This document shows positions 1-9,266 of a stretch of 64,000 nt of DNA, piece by piece. Each line of letters starts with the position of its first letter. The stretch's first letter is position 1. The notes under the pieces were generated by a model. It saw only the letters and a list, made by a program, of their open reading frames with translations, searched no databases and had not been told where the DNA came from. This stretch comes from Oscillibacter sp. (GTDB taxonomy: Bacteria > Bacillota > Clostridia > Oscillospirales > Oscillospiraceae), in assembly GCA_017482345.1 (NCBI GenBank), contig JAFUNB010000011.1, positions 2,952-66,951 of the forward strand. The letters are read 5' to 3'. A program made the translations under genes and the position numbers.

Positions 1-135
1 GAGCGTCATCGCAAAGTTCGCTGACTTCGGAACCCCCTGATGGGGATTCCTCGGAACGCTTCCTTGCTCTGCCGCTTCCCCACGTGATCCGCTTCGCTGG
101 GTTCACGCGGGGGCCCCAGATGTTGCCAAGATCCC
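1..135. repeat. Palindromic REP-like intergenic element, probably truncated by the window edge
   Basis: Non-coding, with tandem imperfect hairpins (ggaacccc..ggggattcc; ccccacgtgatcc..gggttcacgcgggg) downstream of a terminator. Confidence 0.4.
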
Positions 136-157
136 CCAGTTCTAATGCAATAAGCGC

Positions 158-193
158 AAAAATCCCCGAAAGCTCAGCTTTCGGGGATTTTTT
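158..193. terminator. Intrinsic terminator (bidirectional) ending the minus-strand nucleoside operon
   Basis: aaaaatccccgaaag-ctcag-ctttcggggatttttt stem-loop with A/T runs on both sides, next to the stop at 196. Confidence 0.85.
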
Positions 194-195
194 TG

Positions 196-942
196 TTAGT
201 CAACGGACACGTTGATGATGGCGTCCAGGGCGATGGCGATCTCGTCCTCCACTGCCTGCACCACATCGCCGCCCTCGGCGGTCTGGTTGTAGCCGTCCAC
301 GCCCACCAGCTCAAAGGCGGGGGCGTCCACGGCCACAATGGCGCCGGCCTTCACGCCGTGGAGGGAGGACACCACCAGCAGGCTGGCTACCTCGTTTTCC
401 ATGGCCTTGACGCCGGCCTTGGCATACAGCTTCACGGTGGACTCCAGGAAGCCGGGATAGAACAGCGCCTGGGTCAGGACCAGTCCCTTGTGGACGGGGC
501 GGTTGTTGGCCTTGGCGGACTGCATGAGGGCAGATACCACCTCGCCGTCGGCAATGGCGGGGTAGGACAGGGGGATCATCTTCTCCGTGACGCCCTCCTC
601 CCGGCAGGCGCCGGTGGCCACCACCAGATCGCCGGCCAGCACGTCCGGCTGCATGCCGCCGCAGGTGCCGGTGCGGATGATCACCTTCGCGCCGGCCCGC
701 CACAGGCTCTCAAAGGCGATGGCGGCTCCGCCGCAGCCCACGCCGTGGGACACAACGGCTACTTCCGTGCCCTTGTGGGTGCCGGTATAGACCCAGAACT
801 CCCGGTTTTTGGCAAGATTTTTGGCGTTTTCCAGCCGCTGGGCAATGCGCTCGGCACGGGCCGGGTCGCCGCAGGTGATGACGCGGGGCGGAATGTCGCC
901 GGGCGCCACATGGATGCAGGGCAGGAGATTCTTTTCAGACAT
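196..942 (-). CDS. Nucleoside phosphorylase, NP-I (Udp/DeoD-like) family
   Basis: Motifs GDPARA, HGVG, IRTGTCG, MENE; start moved to MSEKN with AGGAGG RBS at 951-956. Confidence 0.88.
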   Translation of the reverse strand: MSEKNLLPCIHVAPGDIPPRVITCGDPARAERIAQRLENAKNLAKNREFWVYTGTHKGTEVAVVSHGVGCGGAAIAFESLWRAGAKVIIRTGTCGGMQPDVLAGDLVVATGACREEGVTEKMIPLSYPAIADGEVVSALMQSAKANNRPVHKGLVLTQALFYPGFLESTVKLYAKAGVKAMENEVASLLVVSSLHGVKAGAIVAVDAPAFELVGVDGYNQTAEGGDVVQAVEDEIAIALDAIINVSVD

Positions 943-988
943 AGGACGTTCCTCCTTGTAGTGGTCGGTTCGATGGATACAGCATAGC

Positions 989-1020
989 AAAAAAACCGGC
1001 CCGTTTCAACGGGCCGGTTC
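989..1020 (-). terminator. Intrinsic terminator downstream of the aldolase gene
   Basis: aaccggcccgtt-tc-aacgggccggtt hairpin with a T-run on the minus strand. Confidence 0.7.
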
Positions 1021-1044
1021 TGTATCGCCGGAGAGATTTTTCGC

Positions 1045-1710
1045 TTAGTAGCCGGACTTCTTTGCACCGGGCTGACCGTAGGACTTGAAACGCTCCATGA
1101 CGTCGTCCATCTGCTCCTTGGACAGGTAGTTGGGCTGACCGATGCACATGGCGCGGTACTGCAGCTCGGCAATGTACTCCATGTTGCAGGCCAGGCCGTA
1201 GGCGCTCTTGAGATTCTTGCCGCAGGTGACGAGGCCGTGGTTGCCCAGCAGGACAGCCTTGCTCTCGCCGCAGGTCTCGATAGCGGCCTTGGCCAGCTCC
1301 TCGGTGCCGAAGGGATAGTAGGGAGCGCAGGGGACCTCAGCCACGCCGGTATCACCGATGACGTAGTGGATGGCCTTGACCGGCTGACCCAGAGAGGCGA
1401 ACACGGTGCAGTACATGGAATGGGTGTGCACCACGGCGCCGATGTCGGGCTTGTTCTTGTAGAAGATGGTGTGCAGGCCCCACTCGCTGGAGGGCTTGCG
1501 GGTGCCGTCCACGATGTTGCCGTTCAGGTCGGTGACCACCACATCCTCGGGAGTGGTGGAGAAATAGTCCAGACCGGAGGGGCTGATGGCCATGTAGCCC
1601 AGCTCGGCGTTATAGACGCTGATGTTGCCGCTGGTGCCGGTGCTCAGACGGGCGGCGCTCATCATCTTGCCGTATTCAACGACCTGCTCGCGTTCTTTCT
1701 GCATCAACAT
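1045..1710 (-). CDS. Class II aldolase (FucA family); in context probably methylthioribulose-1-P/5-deoxyribulose-1-P aldolase
   Basis: TSGNIS, PSG, KPSSEWGLH, VVHTHS, LLGNHG metal-binding motifs; directly downstream of mtnA. Confidence 0.85.
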   Translation of the reverse strand: MLMQKEREQVVEYGKMMSAARLSTGTSGNISVYNAELGYMAISPSGLDYFSTTPEDVVVTDLNGNIVDGTRKPSSEWGLHTIFYKNKPDIGAVVHTHSMYCTVFASLGQPVKAIHYVIGDTGVAEVPCAPYYPFGTEELAKAAIETCGESKAVLLGNHGLVTCGKNLKSAYGLACNMEYIAELQYRAMCIGQPNYLSKEQMDDVMERFKSYGQPGAKKSGY

Positions 1711-1726
1711 TTCAGTGTTCCTCCTC

Positions 1727-2776
1727 TTAATAGAACTGCTTGGCTTCGGTATCGAAGTAGGTGTTCAGCATATGGGGGACATAGACGCCCTTGTCGGTGA
1801 CCACACCGGAGATCAGGTGGGGAGGCACCACGTCGAAGGAAGGATAAATGGCCTTCACTTCGGGCAGGGTGTTGGGGATGTCACGATAGCGCAGCACCTG
1901 AGTGGGGTCGCGCATCTCGATGACGATGTCATCGCGGCCCATCTTGTCCTGATCGGGGATACCGGTGACATAGTAGGGCACGCCGAAGTGCTTGGCCAGG
2001 ATGGCAATCTGATAGGTGCCGATCTTGTTGGCAATGTGGCCGCTGCGGGCGATGGAGTCGGCAGCGGAGGAGAACACGTCGATCAGGCCGTGCTCCATGG
2101 AGTAGGCTACCATGTTGTCGGTGATGACGGTGGTGTCAAAGCCCATGGAAGCGAAGCAGCTGGAGGTCAGGCGGGCGCCCTGCAGGTAGGGACGGGTCTC
2201 GGCGCAGAACACCTTGAACTCCTTGTTCTGCTTGCGGGCGGCGCGGATGACGGTGCCGATGATGGTCTCGCCGTAGCACTGGGTCAGCAGGGTGCCGCCC
2301 TCAGGGATCAGGGAAGCCAGGTGGTCGCCCACGATCTGCATGGTGCTGTAGCGGCGGTTCATGGACTCAACGGTATTCTCCACGATGGCCTGGATAGGAT
2401 CCTTGCCCTCGGCCAGAGCCTTTTCAGCCACTTCCACGCAGCGGTTGGTGATTTGACCGTAGCGGTTGGCGGTGGTGGGACGGGCGTGAGCCAGGTCATA
2501 GGAGGCCTGCTTCAGGAAGGCCATCTGCTCGGCCTCGGTCTTGTCCTTTACCTGCCATGCGGCCAGGGCCATGCCCATGCCGACAGCGGTGTAAGGGCCG
2601 GCGCTCTGGGTCACCATGTCGGTGATAGCCTGAGCGACTTCGTGATAATCGGTGCATTCCACGAAGCGGACTTCGGGGAAGATGCGGCGGTCCAGAATGC
2701 GGACCTTGCCGTTTTCATACCATGCCACATTCTCGTACTGCAGCAGGAAAGGCATATTTTCGTCCATACGTACCAT
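1727..2776 (-). CDS. mtnA: S-methyl-5-thioribose-1-phosphate isomerase family (eIF2B-like), divergent
   Basis: LDRR, ARPT, ETRPYLQGARLT, ITDNM, ANKIGTY, IEMRD, PSFDV motifs. Confidence 0.85.
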   Translation of the reverse strand: MVRMDENMPFLLQYENVAWYENGKVRILDRRIFPEVRFVECTDYHEVAQAITDMVTQSAGPYTAVGMGMALAAWQVKDKTEAEQMAFLKQASYDLAHARPTTANRYGQITNRCVEVAEKALAEGKDPIQAIVENTVESMNRRYSTMQIVGDHLASLIPEGGTLLTQCYGETIIGTVIRAARKQNKEFKVFCAETRPYLQGARLTSSCFASMGFDTTVITDNMVAYSMEHGLIDVFSSAADSIARSGHIANKIGTYQIAILAKHFGVPYYVTGIPDQDKMGRDDIVIEMRDPTQVLRYRDIPNTLPEVKAIYPSFDVVPPHLISGVVTDKGVYVPHMLNTYFDTEAKQFY

Positions 2777-2871
2777 AGGGAAAATCCTCCTTATAGATTT
2801 GGTATCATGTGCGGTGATTGCTTTTGGTAAAAATCGGTCTGCGCGGGGACAGTCCGGTTTCGCGGCAGAAC

Positions 2872-3762
2872 TCAGTTCTTTTTATTGCGCTTGCTGAAGA
2901 CGACCAGAGCAATGATGGTTGCAATATAGGGGATGGCGGTGGTGAGCTGGCTCTTGATGACGTTCTGCAGGGCCAGGCCAATGCTCTGGCACAGACCGAA
3001 GAACAGGCTGGACACGATGGTCAGCAGGGGATGGGACATACCCAGAGAGGCAGCTGCCATAGCGATGAAGCCACGGCCGGAGGTCATGTTCTCGGTGAAC
3101 ATGATGACCTGGCCCATGGCCAGAGCCACGCCGCCCAGACCGCACAGAGCGCCGGACAGGATGACCATGCGCATCTGGATGGCGGTTGCCTTGGTACCCA
3201 GAGATTCGGCGGCGGTCTTGTTGATGCCGACGGACAGGTCGCGGAAGCCGGAAACGGTCTTGAACAGATAGATGAACAGGGCGATGGCGATGATGTAGCA
3301 GATGTAATCAATGAAGGTCAGATTCTCCAGCACACGGCCCACGAAGGGGATATCCTTGATGACGGGCAGGTTGATCTTGGTCAGGGAGACCAGACGCTCG
3401 TCGATCAGGGAGCCGCGCCGATCAAAGACCAGATACAGCAGGAAGGTGGTGGAGGCAGTGGTCAGCAGGTTCAGAGCGGTACCGACCACCATGTCAGCGG
3501 CCTTGTACTTCACCTGCAGCACGGCCACGATAGCGCCGATCAGAGCGCCGGAGGCCACGCCGACCACAACGGACAGGAGCGCACTGCCGGTGAAATAGTT
3601 CACGGCGATGGAGGTGAAGGTGGCGATCAGCATCTGGGCTTCCAGAGCCACGTTAAACACGCCGACGCGGCTGCAGATGGCGCTGCCCAAAGCGGCCAGC
3701 AGAATGGGAGTGGTGGAACGCAGGGTCGCGTTGATGATAGAAGCAATATATGCGCTATTCAT
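2872..3762 (-). CDS. ABC transporter permease (nucleoside/CUT2 type)
   Basis: Hydrophobic; GVFNVALEA, SGALCGLGG, GRGFIAMAA motifs; in operon with ATPase and BMP protein. Confidence 0.9.
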   Translation of the reverse strand: MNSAYIASIINATLRSTTPILLAALGSAICSRVGVFNVALEAQMLIATFTSIAVNYFTGSALLSVVVGVASGALIGAIVAVLQVKYKAADMVVGTALNLLTTASTTFLLYLVFDRRGSLIDERLVSLTKINLPVIKDIPFVGRVLENLTFIDYICYIIAIALFIYLFKTVSGFRDLSVGINKTAAESLGTKATAIQMRMVILSGALCGLGGVALAMGQVIMFTENMTSGRGFIAMAAASLGMSHPLLTIVSSLFFGLCQSIGLALQNVIKSQLTTAIPYIATIIALVVFSKRNKKN

Positions 3763-4853
3763 GCCTGCTTACCTCCTTCCTTGGCGGCAGCCTTGGATTT
3801 CTTGACAAAACGAATGGTGATCTTCACGGAAACGAACAGAGTGATGCAGCACTGGATGATATTGGCGATCTCCAGAGGAATGCCCATAGAACGCTGGATG
3901 GCGCTGCCGCCGATCTGCAGACCGGACAGGAAGATGGCCACCACGGTCATACCGATGGGATCCAAACCGGCGATCAGGGCGGACTGCAGGCCCGTCCACG
4001 CATAGCTGGTGGTGGAGAGCATGCCGTCGGTGTAGCGGTACTTCAGACCGAAGACCTCGGCGTTGCCGGCCACGCAGGCGATGGCACCGGCCAGAGCCAT
4101 GGTGATCATCATGACCTTCACCTGCTTGGTGCCGCCGTACTGAGCGAAGGTGGGGTTGAAGCCGCCCATCTTGGACTCATAGCCGAAGATGGTCTTGCGG
4201 GAAATGAACAGGATCAGGACAACCACTGCAATGGCAATGATGAAGCCTGCGTTGAAGGTGGTGGTGGAGGACAGACGGGGCAGGCGCAGAGCCTCGGCGA
4301 TCTCGGGAGTCTGGATAGACAGACCGTCGCCAGCGGTGTCCTTCAGGGGGTAGGTGACGAAATAGCTGGTGATGTAGCTTGCCACGTAGTTCATCATCAG
4401 GGTGGTGATGACCATGCTGACGTTGAACTTCCAGGTGAGGATGGCAGGGATCAGAGCGTAGGCAGCGCCTGCGGCCATGCCGAGGACCCATGCCACGATG
4501 GCCACCAGGAAGGAGGGGCCGGGCATAAACAGGGCAACAACGGTAGAGATAAAAGCACCGGTGATCATCTGGCCCTCAACACCCAGATTGATGTAGCCGG
4601 CACGCCAGGAGATACCGACGGCCATGGCACAGATAATCACGGGGGTGGAACGGACCAGGGTGGAGAACAGATAGTAGGGCTTGATAAAGGACTTCTGGAA
4701 CATCTCAGCGTAGACCATCAGGGGGCTCTCGCCGCAGGCCACGATGATGATGGCGCCGATGAGCAGACCGAATACAATGGCGATCAGGGGCTGGCGCAGA
4801 GCTGCCCAACCACGCAGGAGGACGAGGCTCAGGCCATTATCATTCTTTTTCAT
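3759..4853 (-). CDS. ABC transporter permease (nucleoside/CUT2 type)
   Basis: INLGVEGQ, GFNPTFAQYGG motifs; multiple TM segments; 4-nt overlaps with neighbours. Confidence 0.9.
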   Translation of the reverse strand: MKKNDNGLSLVLLRGWAALRQPLIAIVFGLLIGAIIIVACGESPLMVYAEMFQKSFIKPYYLFSTLVRSTPVIICAMAVGISWRAGYINLGVEGQMITGAFISTVVALFMPGPSFLVAIVAWVLGMAAGAAYALIPAILTWKFNVSMVITTLMMNYVASYITSYFVTYPLKDTAGDGLSIQTPEIAEALRLPRLSSTTTFNAGFIIAIAVVVLILFISRKTIFGYESKMGGFNPTFAQYGGTKQVKVMMITMALAGAIACVAGNAEVFGLKYRYTDGMLSTTSYAWTGLQSALIAGLDPIGMTVVAIFLSGLQIGGSAIQRSMGIPLEIANIIQCCITLFVSVKITIRFVKKSKAAAKEGGKQA

Positions 4854-6352
4854 ACCAGCTTACCTCCCATCATCAGGATACCGAGGTCTTCCTCGGTGGC
4901 GTCTTCCTTGCGGAATTCGCCGGCTGCCTGACCCTCGTAAATAACATAGATACGATCAGACAGGGACATGATCTCCGTCAGCTCGGAGGAGATCAACAGG
5001 ACAGCGTCGCCTTCGGCGCGCTTTTCCAGCAGTTTGCCGTGAATGAACTCGATGGCGCCGATATCCACGCCGCGGGTGGGCTCGGCAGCGATCAGCAGGG
5101 GAGACTTCTGCTCCATCTCACGGGCAACGATCAGCTTCTGGATGTTACCGCCGGACAGCTCGCCGGCCTTCTGGCTCTGGCCGCTGTTACGGACGTCGTA
5201 GTTATCCAGCAGGCGCTGGGTGAACACCTTGGCGCCCTTGCTGTTGAGCAGACCGTTCTTGGACAGCTCGGGCTTGTGCTGGTGGGCCATGATGGCGGTC
5301 TCAGTCAGGGTTGCCTCCTTGGCGCAGCCCCACAGGTAGCGGTCCTCGGGGATGCAGGCGCAGCCAGCCTCGCGGATCTCACCGACAGAGTGGCCGGCGA
5401 CATCCTTGCCCTGCAGCAGGATCTGACCGGAGGTGGGGGGGAGCAAGCCGGTCAGGCACTGGATCAGCTCGGACTGACCGTTGCCGGAAACGCCTGCAAT
5501 GCCGACGATCTCGCCGGCGTCCACATGCATGTTGAAGTGGTCCAGAATGTTCTTGGCGTCGGAGCCGGCCAGAACCAGATCCTTCACATCCAAGACTCTC
5601 TCGCCGGTGGGCTGGGGATCCACGTGGCGCTCCACCACGTGACGGCCCACCATCAGGAAGGACATCTCCTCGATGTTGGTCTCGGTGATGGGCATCTCCT
5701 GAATGAACTTGCCCAGCCGCATGACCATGACACGGTCGGCAACAGCCATGACCTCATGGAGCTTATGGGTGATGATGATGATGCTCTTGCCCATGGTGGC
5801 CAGCTTGCGCATGGTGGCCAGCAGCTCAGTAACCTCCTGAGGAGTCAGAACAGCGGAGGGCTCGTCGAAGATGATGATGTCGGCGTCCTGATACAGAACC
5901 TTCAGGATCTCAACACGCTGCTGCAGACCGACGGGGCAATCGCCCACCTTCAGGCGGGGATCGATGTGCAGGCCGTATTTTTCGCACAGCTCCTCAACGA
6001 TCTTGACGGCGCCTTCGCGGTCAAAGAAGAGGCCCTTCTTGGGCTCCTTGCCGTAGACGATGTTCTCGGCTACAGTGCAGGGCTCCAGCAGCATAAAGTG
6101 CTGCTGCACCATGCCGATCTTCTTGGCGATGGCGTCATGGGGGGAACGGAAATTCTGCTTCTCACCGTTCAGATAGATCTCACCGGAAGTGGGCTGTTCC
6201 AGACCGTAGAGGATCTTCATCAGGGTGGACTTGCCGGCACCGTTTTCGCCAACTACCGCCAGAATTTCACCCTTGTTCAAAGTCAGAGGGATGTCATTGT
6301 TGGCGTAGAGGGAACCGTATACCTTGGTGATGTGTTTCATTTCCAGCAGCAA
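4850..6352 (-). CDS. ABC transporter ATP-binding protein, tandem-domain CUT2 type
   Basis: Walker [32 protein letters not shown]. Confidence 0.95.
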   Translation of the reverse strand: MLLEMKHITKVYGSLYANNDIPLTLNKGEILAVVGENGAGKSTLMKILYGLEQPTSGEIYLNGEKQNFRSPHDAIAKKIGMVQQHFMLLEPCTVAENIVYGKEPKKGLFFDREGAVKIVEELCEKYGLHIDPRLKVGDCPVGLQQRVEILKVLYQDADIIIFDEPSAVLTPQEVTELLATMRKLATMGKSIIIITHKLHEVMAVADRVMVMRLGKFIQEMPITETNIEEMSFLMVGRHVVERHVDPQPTGERVLDVKDLVLAGSDAKNILDHFNMHVDAGEIVGIAGVSGNGQSELIQCLTGLLPPTSGQILLQGKDVAGHSVGEIREAGCACIPEDRYLWGCAKEATLTETAIMAHQHKPELSKNGLLNSKGAKVFTQRLLDNYDVRNSGQSQKAGELSGGNIQKLIVAREMEQKSPLLIAAEPTRGVDIGAIEFIHGKLLEKRAEGDAVLLISSELTEIMSLSDRIYVIYEGQAAGEFRKEDATEEDLGILMMGGKLV

Positions 6353-6513
6353 GGGAATACACCTGTCCTTTCTCTCAACATTTTCTATCTTAAATCTTTA
6401 CGTCTCTACAAAGATAGCATATACCTTTTTTTGGAATAAGTAAATATAGTATTCCGTCTCCCAGGCGGCAAAGGTCGATCTATTTTTTGCGGTCCGGGAG
6501 GCGGAATACAGGG

Positions 6514-6551
6514 AAAAAAGCAGACGGGAAGGGGACTTCCCGTCTGCTTTT
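6514..6551 (-). terminator. Stem-loop terminator/attenuator between the BMP gene and the ATPase gene
   Basis: aaaagcagacgggaag-ggga-cttcccgtctgctttt; a second long hairpin lies at 6449-6509. Confidence 0.7.
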
Positions 6552-6592
6552 GCGTGGTCTTTGAGTCAGCAGACTTTCGTTTTTAAACGAGA

Positions 6593-7666
6593 TCAGCCAG
6601 CGTTGTACTCTTCCTCGGTGGGCATGTTAATCAGATCCAGCTTGCCGGAAGCGATGTCCTCAGCAGCCTGCTTCAGCAGAGCCATGTCCTCCTCGGACAG
6701 GCGCTCGTGGATGGGGTTGACAGACTCGTGAGTGACATGGACAGCACCGATGGTACCCTCGGCAACACCCCAAGTGGAGTTGGAGTTGTCATAGCTGTCG
6801 CTGAAGAACTCGTCGATCAGCATGGTGACAGACTGATAGGTATCCTTGATCTGAGAGGTGACGATGTAGGGGTTGCTGGGATCGGTCAGGTCAACGTCCT
6901 GGCCGGAGGTGTAGAAGCCCTTCTCCAGAGCGGCCTCGAAGGTGCCGGAGTCGCCAGCGGCGCATGCAGAGTTGACGAACATAGCGCCCTGCTCGTTCTG
7001 CTGGATGGCCAGCTCCTTGGCCTTAGCGGGGTCGGAGTAAGAAGCGGTGTAGTTGAAGATGAACTTGGCATCGGGATCGATGGCCTTGACGCCTTCCATG
7101 TAGCCATAACGCCACTTCCAGGAGCCAGCGCCCTCGTTGACATGGACAGCGCCATAGGTGTGGGACTCACCGTCGGTGACCAGAGCGGCGGTCATACCGA
7201 TCAGGTAAGCGCCCTGCTGCTCGTAGTAGGAGATGCACTTAACAGCCTCGGCCTCGACCTCAGAGTCAATCAGAGCGTAGTTAGCAGCATCGGGGAACTC
7301 AGCAGCCATCTTGTTCAGAGCGTCGCCGGCTTCCCAGCCGCCGCCGATGATCAGGTCGCATTCCTCGGCAACCAGAGCGCGGATGTTCTCCTCGAAAGCA
7401 GCGGTGTCAGCGCACTCAACGATGGTAGCCTTGAAGCCGTACTTCTCAGCAGCCTCGTTCAGAGCCTCGACCATCTGCAGCAGGAAGACCTGGGTACCGA
7501 TCTTGGAAGTAACCAGAGCGATCTCCATGCCTTCGCCGGGCAGAGCGTCGGCGGGAGCCTCAGTGCCCTCGGCGGGCTTCTCAGCGGGGGTCTCTTCCTT
7601 GCCGCCGCAGGCTGCCAGAGACAGCACCATGGTCAGGGCCAGGAGCAGAGCAAAAAACTTCTTCAT
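6593..7666 (-). CDS. BMP family ABC substrate-binding lipoprotein (nucleoside-binding)
   Basis: Lipobox LAAC, EQQGAYLIG, YSDPAKAKELA, GQDVD, TSQIKD motifs. Confidence 0.9.
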   Translation of the reverse strand: MKKFFALLLALTMVLSLAACGGKEETPAEKPAEGTEAPADALPGEGMEIALVTSKIGTQVFLLQMVEALNEAAEKYGFKATIVECADTAAFEENIRALVAEECDLIIGGGWEAGDALNKMAAEFPDAANYALIDSEVEAEAVKCISYYEQQGAYLIGMTAALVTDGESHTYGAVHVNEGAGSWKWRYGYMEGVKAIDPDAKFIFNYTASYSDPAKAKELAIQQNEQGAMFVNSACAAGDSGTFEAALEKGFYTSGQDVDLTDPSNPYIVTSQIKDTYQSVTMLIDEFFSDSYDNSNSTWGVAEGTIGAVHVTHESVNPIHERLSEEDMALLKQAAEDIASGKLDLINMPTEEEYNAG

Positions 7667-7757
7667 GTTCTTTTGTCCTCCAATTAAAATTAAGGTGTAT
7701 TTTCCCTTTTTAACAGAAAAAACAGATCATTCCTGTCAAAAAGGCCGTACTGTTTGT

Positions 7758-7786
7758 ATTATAAGGTTGCCGCCATCCGTTGTCAA
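7758..7786 (-). promoter_or_regulatory. Sigma-A promoter for the transporter/mtnA operon
   Basis: Minus strand TTGACA-N17-TATAAT, perfect consensus. Confidence 0.85.
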
Positions 7787-7895
7787 TTTAAATTTTACAA
7801 ATTCTTGCTGTTTTGGAGAAAAAACGACATAAATGGACAGGGGAAACTTACAACAGTTTAACACAATTCAACACAGATGTTGATTTTAGGAAAGG

Positions 7896-7925
7896 TTGAC
7901 AGGAGAATAGGTAGAAATATATAAT
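7896..7925 (+). promoter_or_regulatory. Sigma-A promoter for the udp-cdd-mtnK-ade operon
   Basis: TTGACA-N18-TATAAT; palindrome TCAACA-N4-TGTTGA at 7868-7883 just upstream. Confidence 0.75.
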
Positions 7926-7996
7926 AAATGAAATCAAAAGAACGCAGAACGCACATTTTTCGAAAAACAGGGCGAACGCCGCCTGGGGAGGATGTT

Positions 7997-8833
7997 ATGA
8001 CAAAGACTGTGGAGGAAGCCCGCCGGGATCTGGCGGCCTCTGAAGTGGGCCATGTGGACGAGGCGCTGCCGGAGAAAACGCCGGGTTATGTGCTGCTGCC
8101 GGGCGACCCCAACCGGGTGGGCAAAATGGCCGCCCAGTGGGATGAGGGCGCAAAGATCTATACCCTCTCCCGGAGCATGACCGCGGCCATCGGTACTTAT
8201 AAAAACACGGAGATCGGCGCCTGGTGCACCGGCATCGGCGGCCCCAGCACGGAGTGTACCCTGACGGACCTGGCCGCCCGGGGCACCCATACCTTCATTC
8301 GTGTGGGCACCACCGGCGCGATTCAGGAGGGCATCGAGATCGGTGATATCATCATCAACGACTCCAACGTCCGGCTGGACGGTACATCTAAATTATACGT
8401 GATGGACGAGTATCCGGCGGCCGCCTCCTATGAGGTGGTGCTGGCTCTGGTACAGGCCTGCGAAAACTTAGGCCTGCGCTACCATGTGGGCACCGGCTGC
8501 ACCTGTGCCTCTTTCTACACAGGCCAGTGCCGTACCACCTATAACGGCTACCGCCCCTCCCATCTGGACGCCATGTTTGACGATCTCCGTCAGGCCGGTG
8601 TGCTGAACTTCGAGATGGAGGGAGCCACCGTCACCACCCTCAGCCGCATTTTCGGCAAGCGGGCGGGCATGTGCGCCTCTGTGGTGGCCCAGCGGATCAC
8701 CGGCGAGTGGGACGAGACGCCCCAGGGCGAGTACAACGCCTGTCTGGTGGGCGCCGAGGCCGTCCGCATCCTGGCGGAGTGGGACCGGAAAAAGGCGGAG
8801 CAGGGGAAGAAGTTCTACTTCCCCGGACTGTGA
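7997..8833 (+). CDS. udp: Uridine phosphorylase-like nucleoside phosphorylase
   Basis: LLPGDPNRV, GIGGPS, IRVGTTG, FYTGQCR, NFEME; start after GGAGG RBS. Confidence 0.8.
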   Translation: MTKTVEEARRDLAASEVGHVDEALPEKTPGYVLLPGDPNRVGKMAAQWDEGAKIYTLSRSMTAAIGTYKNTEIGAWCTGIGGPSTECTLTDLAARGTHTFIRVGTTGAIQEGIEIGDIIINDSNVRLDGTSKLYVMDEYPAAASYEVVLALVQACENLGLRYHVGTGCTCASFYTGQCRTTYNGYRPSHLDAMFDDLRQAGVLNFEMEGATVTTLSRIFGKRAGMCASVVAQRITGEWDETPQGEYNACLVGAEAVRILAEWDRKKAEQGKKFYFPGL

Positions 8834-8840
8834 GGCGGCC

Positions 8841-9251
8841 ATGGATGCGGCATTGAAGAGGCAGCTCATCGCCATGGCGGCGGAGGCCCGTCATAACGCC
8901 CGGGCTTTCAGCGGCTTCCATGTGGGCGCGGCCCTGCTGACGAAATCCGGCGAGATCGTCACCGGCTGCAACGTGGAGCTGCACACCACCCTCTCCAGCA
9001 TCTGCGCCGAGCGCACGGCCATGGTAAAGGCGGTGTCCATGGGACACACGGAGTTCCGGGCCATCGCCGTGGTGTCGGATGCGGAGAAGCCCATCTCCCC
9101 CTGTGCCTTCTGCCGGCAGTATCTGGTGGATTTTGATCCCGGAATCCTGGTCATCATGGCCGGGGCAGACGGGAGTGAAGTTGTGGAAATGACCGCGGCG
9201 GAGCTGCTTCCCATGGCATTTATGGGCAGCGGCCGGGACGCGCAAACGTGA
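8841..9251 (+). CDS. cdd: Cytidine deaminase (homotetrameric type)
   Basis: SGFHVGAAL, CAERTA and PCAFCRQ zinc motifs. Confidence 0.88.
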   Translation: MDAALKRQLIAMAAEARHNARAFSGFHVGAALLTKSGEIVTGCNVELHTTLSSICAERTAMVKAVSMGHTEFRAIAVVSDAEKPISPCAFCRQYLVDFDPGILVIMAGADGSEVVEMTAAELLPMAFMGSGRDAQT

Positions 9252-9266
9252 AAGGAGTACAGAAAG

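Noticed and set aside
1045-1710. Aldolase as a true fucose-pathway fucA
   Set aside because: No fucose isomerase, kinase or permease nearby; the mtnA/mtnK context favours a DHAP-shunt aldolase, so no gene symbol was given.
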